A DNA stretch of 48,369 nt from Minisyncoccia bacterium (GTDB taxonomy: Bacteria > Patescibacteriota > Minisyncoccia > Phycocordibacterales > XYD1-FULL-46-19): the NCBI GenBank assembly GCA_041601795.1, contig JBFIHK010000001.1, positions 1-48,369 of the forward strand, read 5' to 3'. Position numbers and translations under genes: made by a program. Numbering within the stretch: the first letter of the stretch is position 1; each line of letters starts with the position of its first letter. Below, piece after piece: positions 36,041-43,112 of the stretch. The notes beneath the pieces are model-generated. The model made no database searches, had not been told where the DNA came from, and saw only the letters and a program-made list of their open reading frames with translations.

Positions 36041-36923
36041 AAAATTCTAAAATAGCTTCAATACCATTTCTGTTTTTAGACCATTCAATATCCTTATGAT
36101 TAGTTAAAAGAACACTGATAGCTGGAATTTTTTCTTTAGCGAGCCAATTTACCATGTCACCTGTAATTTCATAAAAGTCAAAATCTTTATAAGCAGGGTA
36201 GCCAGAAGCTTTAGCGTATAAATTCATAATCTTTGTTGTTTCAGGTAAAATTCCATTTTCGCAACTAGAAGCATATACACCCCCAGCAGCACTATACCAA
36301 GCAACAACAGCTTTAATATTATTATTATTTATATAATCTTTAACAGCTTTAGTTTCAGGCTCAGAAAATGGAGCTGTTCCAGCATCGACAGTTTTACTTT
36401 GCCAAGTACTTTCTGGTTGCCACTTACAGTCAAAGTTACGATTCAAATCGACTCCATTTGCATTAAACCTTCCAGCTAATTTTAACGCTTCACTGGCAGA
36501 AACATCAGCCCCAGTAAAGTCGCCACTAGTGGTACCTGTTACCTTTTCTAACCCATCAGGATTTAAAACTGGAATCACTGTCACTTTCAAATTATCCGGA
36601 ACTAAGTTGCTATTACTATTTAAATAATCTACAAGCTCATTTGCTACTAGAGCTGTATTCCAAGAGTAGCCACCATGAATGCCCCCGACAAAAAGAATTT
36701 CTTCTTCGCCTTCGCCAAAGTGATAGGCTACTATGTCGCTGCCTTCAATAGATGTCCCAATAACCGTTTCGGGTTCATTTTCAACCACCACTTCAGCGGT
36801 AGTTGTAGCCACCTCCACGTCAACCCCCCCAGCTTCTTCAACGTCGTTTACCTCTTGAGTAAAAAAGAAAAAAGCCCCTAATCCCAACACAAGCACTATA
36901 AGAAAAACTATGATTTTATACAT
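36030..36923 (-). CDS. exported M14-like paralog, predicted inactive (pseudo-peptidase)
   Basis: 297 aa. Same fold blocks (VDLNRNFDCKWQPESTW, VDAGTAPFSEPE) but HGGYSW, AWYSAA and ISVLLT at the three positions where the neighbour has E, H and E. Confidence 0.7.
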   Translation of the reverse strand: MYKIIVFLIVLVLGLGAFFFFTQEVNDVEEAGGVDVEVATTTAEVVVENEPETVIGTSIEGSDIVAYHFGEGEEEILFVGGIHGGYSWNTALVANELVDYLNSNSNLVPDNLKVTVIPVLNPDGLEKVTGTTSGDFTGADVSASEALKLAGRFNANGVDLNRNFDCKWQPESTWQSKTVDAGTAPFSEPETKAVKDYINNNNIKAVVAWYSAAGGVYASSCENGILPETTKIMNLYAKASGYPAYKDFDFYEITGDMVNWLAKEKIPAISVLLTNHKDIEWSKNRNGIEAILEFYAE

Positions 36924-37002
36924 ATCTTTATTTTAACATAAATTATATATTCATTACATTAGGCTAAATTTTAACTTAACGGCCGCTAGTTCTCCTTAGA
37001 GA

Positions 37003-37644
37003 CTAGCGGTCCTTTATTTTTTCTCGAAAATCAAAAATGAGTTTTTCATAACCAAAATCTTCAACTATTTGCCAAGCCTTATAATAAAAATTATTTCTAC
37101 CACCGGATCCAGATGCTAAAAATTTTATATGAGTATTTAAAATTTCTGGCCTTTTTATCACATCAAAAAATATAAAAGCTAAAACAGAGTAAATCATTAT
37201 GTGTTTTTTAGTTGTAATATCTTCATCTTTCAGACTGTCTCGTATTTCCCAGCATAATTCGCCCAACTCATTATAAGCAAATAAACGATGAGTCAACTCA
37301 TGCACTAAATTTAAAAGGAAAAACTCTGGAGAATGTCCACTTTTTAAAATAATAGGATTGCTAATATCTCTAGGTGTCCCCTTTATAATATGAACATCTA
37401 TCATAGAAACAGGAAAATATAATTCTAATTCCTTAGATAAAGCACTCAAAATTATCTCTCCATACTCCTCCCATATTTTTTTAAATTCTTGTACTTTATT
37501 TGCTACTTCTTCATTAGAGGGAGGAGTCCAATCGTTCCAACCAGAAGAAGCTAGGCTTGGATTATTATTACAATAAAAAATAAAAAAAGGGTCTAGTAAA
37601 CGATTATGTTTGATTATAATTTTTGGATTCGGATGATTAGACAT
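37003..37644 (-). CDS. hypothetical HExxH protein (putative metallopeptidase-like)
   Basis: 213 aa. LVHELTHRLF is the only recognisable motif, and there is no signal peptide. Very AT-rich coding sequence. Confidence 0.5.
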   Translation of the reverse strand: MSNHPNPKIIIKHNRLLDPFFIFYCNNNPSLASSGWNDWTPPSNEEVANKVQEFKKIWEEYGEIILSALSKELELYFPVSMIDVHIIKGTPRDISNPIILKSGHSPEFFLLNLVHELTHRLFAYNELGELCWEIRDSLKDEDITTKKHIMIYSVLAFIFFDVIKRPEILNTHIKFLASGSGGRNNFYYKAWQIVEDFGYEKLIFDFREKIKDR

Positions 37645-37721
37645 ATTTATTTACTGAAACTTGGTAATTTTTAAAAAAATTAATCACGTCACATTATACT
37701 ACACTAAGAATAAATAGATTC

Positions 37722-38714
37722 CTAAAAACTATCCCACATATCTTTATTTTCTTGACCTAAAGCCCATAGGGAAATTCCTCTAAGATTGTACTTGTCGACT
37801 AATTTTAATTTAGCCCTAAACCCAGCTGGCCCGTCACACCAAGTTAAATAAGCATTGCCACTTGGGACTATATAGGCACTATATTCTGATTCCAAACCTT
37901 CTATATAACCCTGTAACAGAAGTTGGGACTTATCAATATCATCTTTAACGTCATCATGAGACAGCTCACCAAATTGTTTATAACCACCAGAGAGTCGCCA
38001 TTTAGAACAATAAAAGGCTATGCCTAGTTGAAGTTTATTCTTAGGCACGATAGTAGTCATGAAATCTAACACTGCTTGCTGGTAAAGAAGAGAACCTGTT
38101 GGGCCAAATGAATTAGGATCATTATAGGCCATGGCTACTAAATAATCAGCCGCTTCAGCCAATTTTTCATAGTCATAGGCAGCAGTTAAATCTTGATTGA
38201 TAGCCTTGGGGTTATAAGGAGTAGTCCGAGGAATAACCGCCACGCTAAATTCTAAATTGGCCTTTTTAAATTCTTTTCCAGCTTTCTCTACAAACTTAGT
38301 GTAAGCATTTCTGTCAGCTGAAGAAATATATTCAAAATCAAATTGCCAGCCAGCATAATCTTCATCCTGGGCTTCATCTATTAGGTCATCAATAATATCA
38401 TTTTGAATATTTTCAGCGGCCAATATTTTAGACATTAAAGTTCGACTAAAGTCTTGCTGAAAAACAAGGGGCACAACTTTAACTTTTTTATTATGGGCCC
38501 TTTTTATCACCCCCTTATCATTAGTTTTTTTAAGATCAAAATCATAATCAATATAATAAACTTGAGGCGACACCACATCTATAGACTTATAATTAGTTTT
38601 GAAACTTTTATCACCCGTACCATTGTTATAAAAATAAGCTTGCACCACTTGAGCAAAGCTTGTAACAGGAAACAATAAAGACACCAATATTAAAACAAGA
38701 AAAATATTTTTCAT
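37722..38714 (-). CDS. exported glycoside hydrolase family 18-like protein
   Basis: 330 aa. Signal peptide MKNIFLVLILVSLLFPVTSFA and YAGWQFDFEY (the DxE end of the GH18 DxxDxDxE motif). Confidence 0.65.
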   Translation of the reverse strand: MKNIFLVLILVSLLFPVTSFAQVVQAYFYNNGTGDKSFKTNYKSIDVVSPQVYYIDYDFDLKKTNDKGVIKRAHNKKVKVVPLVFQQDFSRTLMSKILAAENIQNDIIDDLIDEAQDEDYAGWQFDFEYISSADRNAYTKFVEKAGKEFKKANLEFSVAVIPRTTPYNPKAINQDLTAAYDYEKLAEAADYLVAMAYNDPNSFGPTGSLLYQQAVLDFMTTIVPKNKLQLGIAFYCSKWRLSGGYKQFGELSHDDVKDDIDKSQLLLQGYIEGLESEYSAYIVPSGNAYLTWCDGPAGFRAKLKLVDKYNLRGISLWALGQENKDMWDSF

Positions 38715-38722
38715 ATTCTTAC

Positions 38723-38751
38723 ATTATCAAGAATGCTAGAAGTAAATGCAA
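38723..38751 (-). promoter_or_regulatory. candidate promoter of the GH18-like gene, near-leaderless geometry
   Basis: Minus strand TTGCAT-N17-GATAAT. Only 8 nt separate the -10 from the ATG at 38714, with no SD. Confidence 0.35.
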
Positions 38752-38939
38752 CTAGCTAAATTACTACTAGTAACCCTTCCAGCATCAAAGCCTTCACTTC
38801 GTTTGTCTTTGCTAGCCTCATCGGATTCGGATATTTTCATACCAAGCCCCATAAGGCTTTTTTAATTAAATAAATTATAGCATTTTGACCCTCTTCGGAA
38901 TGGTATAAAAAGAGACAAAAGCGACACTGGGAACGTTTT

Positions 38940-40538
38940 TTATTCGTAACCTCTACTAATTGCAGATTCAAGTGTATTGTAAACAATTGGCATTTTATTT
39001 TTAAAATCTTCTAAAGTTATTGATTCTGCAACACTAACCGCATATGATATTTTTTCATCACTCGAGATTTCATCTTTCTCTTTTTTATGATCTTCAGGAT
39101 AATATTCTTCAATGGTTTCAGTTTCTAGTATATGTATTTGTTCTCCTTCTTTTAACCAAGGATGTGCTTCTTTAAACTTTGTAAAATTAGACTCTTGTTC
39201 GGAATTAGGTAAATCTAAAAGAAAAACTACCTTGTCTTTATATACACCATTGGTCAAAAGAGGTGTGTAGCACTGGTTTATTGCATGATAAATCTCTTTA
39301 TGTTTTTCAGAATCACCACGAGCAAATATTATTTTAATATTTAAACATTTCTTATTTTCACTATAAAATCTTTCAATAATTTTATTTATAAAATGATATT
39401 CAGTTTGACCTTCTACAATTATAAAATTACTTGGTAATAATAAATCATTTGGACTACCTCCCAGTAATTGATAAATAGAATTTAATCTATCCTGTTCGCT
39501 TTCCACTTTCTCTAACCTAGAATCACCTTCTATCTTAACAACATTGAATATATTTTGATTTTCATAATTTTCATTAGCAAAAACTGAAGAATGGGTATTT
39601 ATAAAAACCTGACCACCATTATCAATAATATCTCTAAGAGCTTTTTTTAATGATCTTTGTGCTGACGGGTGTAAATGTAGTTCGGCTTCATCAATTAAAA
39701 ATATGAAATTTCTAGCAATACCTTGTTCTTTTCTATAGTCTGCATATGATTGAATGATTGCTAGCATTATTGCACGCTGCATACCATCTCCTTTATTTTC
39801 TGCTTTAGTCTTTATGCCATCATCTATTTCAGTATCAAAGCCTTTTAACATGTCCTCAATCTTTGGATTCTGTATACTAAAATCGACAGTAGTATCTTCG
39901 GAAAATTGTTTTTGAAGATAAAATTCAACTTTCTTCTCTAGAGAGTCTACTGAATTTCTAAAAACAGATCCTTCAGAATTAAACAACTCATCAAATAGTT
40001 TTATGAACTCCTTGTATTTAGGATCATTATTTATTACATCTGATAAAACACCAGACAACATCTCAGCAATTGGGGTTTTTGATTTATAACCAGAAACATC
40101 TCCTAACTTTATCTTAGTAGTAACATATTCTATTTTAGGTAAAAAATAATTTAATGCTGCATCAAAACCTGTAGGATTTCCCACACTTTCTCCATTTACA
40201 ATCATAAACCTTTTATCATCTTCGCTAGTCTTCTCTAAAATAAATTCGTCGTTTTCTCCGAGCACGTTTTCGATTACTTTCTTGTATCTTTCATTTTCCA
40301 GATTTTCTAAAGAACTTCCGACATTACTATAGTGGACCCTTATCTTAATAGGATTTGTTTTCTGATGTTTATAATAGTTGGAGTCCACAGTTTTTCCAGA
40401 ATCAAACCAATCTAGAGCTTCAAACAAATTTGTTTTACCATGATTATTTTGACCAACAAATACGTTAAAATCATTTACATCAAAATCATATCTCTTAATT
40501 GATCTAAAATTTTCAATTTCTATCCTAGTAATTTTCAT
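38940..40538 (-). CDS. OLD-family-like ATPase-Toprim nuclease
   Basis: 532 aa. IEIENFRSI, Walker A GQNNHGKTN, signature-like GDGMQR, Walker B FLIDEAELHLHP, INTHSS, then the Toprim-type IIVEGQTEYHF. Confidence 0.75.
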   Translation of the reverse strand: MKITRIEIENFRSIKRYDFDVNDFNVFVGQNNHGKTNLFEALDWFDSGKTVDSNYYKHQKTNPIKIRVHYSNVGSSLENLENERYKKVIENVLGENDEFILEKTSEDDKRFMIVNGESVGNPTGFDAALNYFLPKIEYVTTKIKLGDVSGYKSKTPIAEMLSGVLSDVINNDPKYKEFIKLFDELFNSEGSVFRNSVDSLEKKVEFYLQKQFSEDTTVDFSIQNPKIEDMLKGFDTEIDDGIKTKAENKGDGMQRAIMLAIIQSYADYRKEQGIARNFIFLIDEAELHLHPSAQRSLKKALRDIIDNGGQVFINTHSSVFANENYENQNIFNVVKIEGDSRLEKVESEQDRLNSIYQLLGGSPNDLLLPSNFIIVEGQTEYHFINKIIERFYSENKKCLNIKIIFARGDSEKHKEIYHAINQCYTPLLTNGVYKDKVVFLLDLPNSEQESNFTKFKEAHPWLKEGEQIHILETETIEEYYPEDHKKEKDEISSDEKISYAVSVAESITLEDFKNKMPIVYNTLESAISRGYE

Positions 40539-40569
40539 AATCTGATTGTAGCAAATACAACCAATTATA

Positions 40570-40911
40570 TTAAGTAATTAGACTGTGTAGTTCATTAAAA
40601 CCGACTGGTTCACAATCAAACTTCTTCAGCCTTGAAAGTGAAACACTAGCTCCATTATTAGAAATTTCCTTTAGCCTGTCTTTTGAAAGAACATAAAACT
40701 CCCATTGATTCATATCTAGAATATCTAGTGTCTTGTGATCTTGATGCTTAAATAGAGACAACACATAAACATCAGCTTTATAATCTTTCTCGGCTTTTAC
40801 CTCAGATTGTTTCTTTACAACAGAGTAGTAATGGGTACCAAAGAAAAAATAGAGGTCAAAGATATTGACATACGAAATTATATGAAATATCTCCTGAAAG
40901 AGGGTTCTCTT
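40570..40911 (-). pseudogene. 5'-truncated PD-(D/E)XK-like nuclease remnant
   Basis: The frame is open for 113 codons, but the first usable start is the GTG at 40764, downstream of the nuclease-like core NIFDLY...SEVKA. C-terminal part ADVYVLSLFKHQDHKTLDILDMNQWEFYVLSKDRL. Confidence 0.35.
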
Positions 40912-40978
40912 TTAGAAAAAAGAGAACTACTTGGATGTATCAAAGGTAAGATTATTTTAAATAATAAAAAAGTCTCAA

Positions 40979-41740
40979 TTATTTAGAAGGCCTTGTGTTT
41001 GTAAACTCATCTAACTTGTCAGGATGTTCTTTTAAAAGATAGCGCTGGATAACTAAATTCATGTAAGAGTTTTTTAATCTAAAAGCTCTAACCTCTGCAG
41101 GTTTATCACTAAAAGGTTGTGAGGTTTTAGATTTACCACAAGAAGGATCTTTAAATTTACCATTATGTTTAGGGCAAAGGGTTAGATATTTATGTTGGTG
41201 TTGATGTATTTCATGTGCCTCACCATTCTTTATGAATTCTATAATCTTTAAGTAATCTTCATTCAGTTCTTCAAGAACTTCTTCTGTCATTTCCCAAATG
41301 AATACATACTTGATTAAATATTTTGACCTAGGGACTTCCTTGTCATGAACATACCAAACGAACAGGATTTTTTTATTCTTCTTATACAAAGATGATTCTT
41401 TAATATGTTTATTGTTATGCTCTTCAGAATAATTAATGATATTCAAAGAAAGTGGTTCTTTGACCGTAAGTCTTCCGTTCTTTAATAATTTGAGCGGACT
41501 AGTCTTCAGTTCAACATCTAAGTGTTCTATGTCTGCACCTGCTGTACTATTCTTAGGTATACCAAAATAACCGTATTCAATAGCATATCCGACTCCAGCC
41601 TTAGTAAGGACTCGACTACTTTCGTCATCATCTACAATAGAAGACATAATTTCTTCTAGTGTCCTTCCCTCTAAATCTTTCTGGGCAATTTTCTCTAATT
41701 CCTTAACAGTCTTTATTTGCTTTAAATTTAGCTTTGACAT
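40979..41740 (-). CDS. MutH/Sau3AI-fold endonuclease, single domain (candidate restriction subunit)
   Basis: 253 aa. KAGVGYAIEYGYFG...GADIEHLDVELKT gives D70-x6-E77-x-K79, the same spacing and numbering as E. coli MutH D70/E77/K79. Confidence 0.85.
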   Translation of the reverse strand: MSKLNLKQIKTVKELEKIAQKDLEGRTLEEIMSSIVDDDESSRVLTKAGVGYAIEYGYFGIPKNSTAGADIEHLDVELKTSPLKLLKNGRLTVKEPLSLNIINYSEEHNNKHIKESSLYKKNKKILFVWYVHDKEVPRSKYLIKYVFIWEMTEEVLEELNEDYLKIIEFIKNGEAHEIHQHQHKYLTLCPKHNGKFKDPSCGKSKTSQPFSDKPAEVRAFRLKNSYMNLVIQRYLLKEHPDKLDEFTNTRPSK

Positions 41741-41804
41741 ATATAGAGAAATATACTAAAAATCTTGATCTTACACAATTTATGTGGCACAAATTATAGA
41801 CAGC

Positions 41805-41833
41805 TTGATCGAAAATTATAAGAATGTTAATAT
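41805..41833 (+). promoter_or_regulatory. candidate methyltransferase promoter whose -35 hexamer contains GATC
   Basis: TTGATC (41805-41810)-N17-TAATAT (41828-41833). The ATG at 41844 follows 10 nt after the -10. Confidence 0.35.
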
Positions 41834-41843
41834 GATAATACTT

Positions 41844-43109
41844 ATGAAAAAACCAATTAAAAAAATAAGAGTCGTTGAGTTATTTGCTGGTGTCGGTGGC
41901 TTTAGACTTGGACTAGAAGGCCATAAAGGAAGCAGGAAGTCTCATCATAATAATTATGAAACTATTTGGTTCAATCAGTGGGAGCCATCCACAAAAAGAC
42001 AACATGCTCATGAAACTTATGTAAAGAATTTTGGAGATGTAGATGAGTATACAAATATTGATGTAGCAAAAGTTACAGATAAGGTTCCTGACCACGACCT
42101 ACTAGTTGGTGGATTTCCTTGTCAGGATTACTCCGTAGCGAGAAATCTATCTTCTTCTGCAGGACTTGAGGGAAAGAAAGGTGTTCTATGGTGGTCGATC
42201 TATAACATCTTAGAAAAGAAAGGAAAGAAAGCTCCTGATTATTTGATGCTAGAAAATGTAGATAGACTTCTAGTGTCTCCAGCTTCTAGAAGAGGTCGTG
42301 ATTTTGCGATTATACTTTCTTCATTAAACAAACTTGGGTATATGGTTGAATGGCGAATTATTAATGCCGCAGAATATGGATTTCCTCAAAGAAGGAAAAG
42401 GATTTTTATAATGGGATATAAAAAGGGTTCGGAAATTGAAAAGAAATTTAAGAAAGAGAAAGATGTAGAAAAATGGCTTAGCAAAACAGGTCTTACTCAA
42501 AAAGCATTTCCTGCAAATATTGTAAGTGGTTTTAATTATTTTGAATTAAATTCTGACCCTGTTGAAGTGTCTAATAATTTCAATACAGAAAATCCAAAAA
42601 CATCACCATTTCAAAATAGTGGAATAATGTTTGATGGAAAAGTTTACACAGCAAAAACAAAAGAAAATTACATAGGAAAATTCGTAACACTTGGAGACAT
42701 TCTGATTTCAGACAAAGAAGTTCCTGAAGAGTATTACATCAACAAAGATGACTTAAAAAAATGGAAATATTTGAAAGGAGCAAAAAATGAGCCTCGAAAA
42801 GCAGCCAGTGGTTTTGAATTCATATACAAGGAAGGATCTATGACATTCCCAGACGCATTAGATAGGGCCTCTAGGACAATCATTACTGGTGAAGGTGGAC
42901 CAACACCATCTAGGTTCAAGCATGTTATTGAAACAAAGAAAGGTTTACGCAGATTAACACCCATTGAACTAGAAAGATTGTGTATGTTCCCTGATTACCA
43001 CACAGATGGTCACACTGACTCAAAACGAGCTTTCTTTATGGGTAATGCTTTGGTTGTTGGAGTTATAGACAGATTAGGTAAAGTCTTGGCAGATTTACAC
43101 AATAGTTAA
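41844..43109 (+). CDS. DNA (cytosine-5)-methyltransferase
   Basis: Motif I ELFAGVGG, IV GGFPCQDYS, VI LENV, VIII QRRKR and X GNALVV. Start ambiguous: ATG 41844, ATG 41832 or GTG 41784. Confidence 0.9.
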   Translation: MKKPIKKIRVVELFAGVGGFRLGLEGHKGSRKSHHNNYETIWFNQWEPSTKRQHAHETYVKNFGDVDEYTNIDVAKVTDKVPDHDLLVGGFPCQDYSVARNLSSSAGLEGKKGVLWWSIYNILEKKGKKAPDYLMLENVDRLLVSPASRRGRDFAIILSSLNKLGYMVEWRIINAAEYGFPQRRKRIFIMGYKKGSEIEKKFKKEKDVEKWLSKTGLTQKAFPANIVSGFNYFELNSDPVEVSNNFNTENPKTSPFQNSGIMFDGKVYTAKTKENYIGKFVTLGDILISDKEVPEEYYINKDDLKKWKYLKGAKNEPRKAASGFEFIYKEGSMTFPDALDRASRTIITGEGGPTPSRFKHVIETKKGLRRLTPIELERLCMFPDYHTDGHTDSKRAFFMGNALVVGVIDRLGKVLADLHNS

Positions 43110-43112
43110 AAA

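Noticed and set aside
36980-37012. Hairpin CCGCTAG-ttctccttagaga-CTAGCGG overlapping the stop of the HExxH gene. It partly resembles the tRNA-Gln 3' end (GCCG..CTAG..CTC), so it was considered as an alternative island boundary repeat.
   Set aside because: The match needs a 2-nt gap and reaches only 11 of 15 positions. The hairpin is adequately explained as a transcript-end structure.
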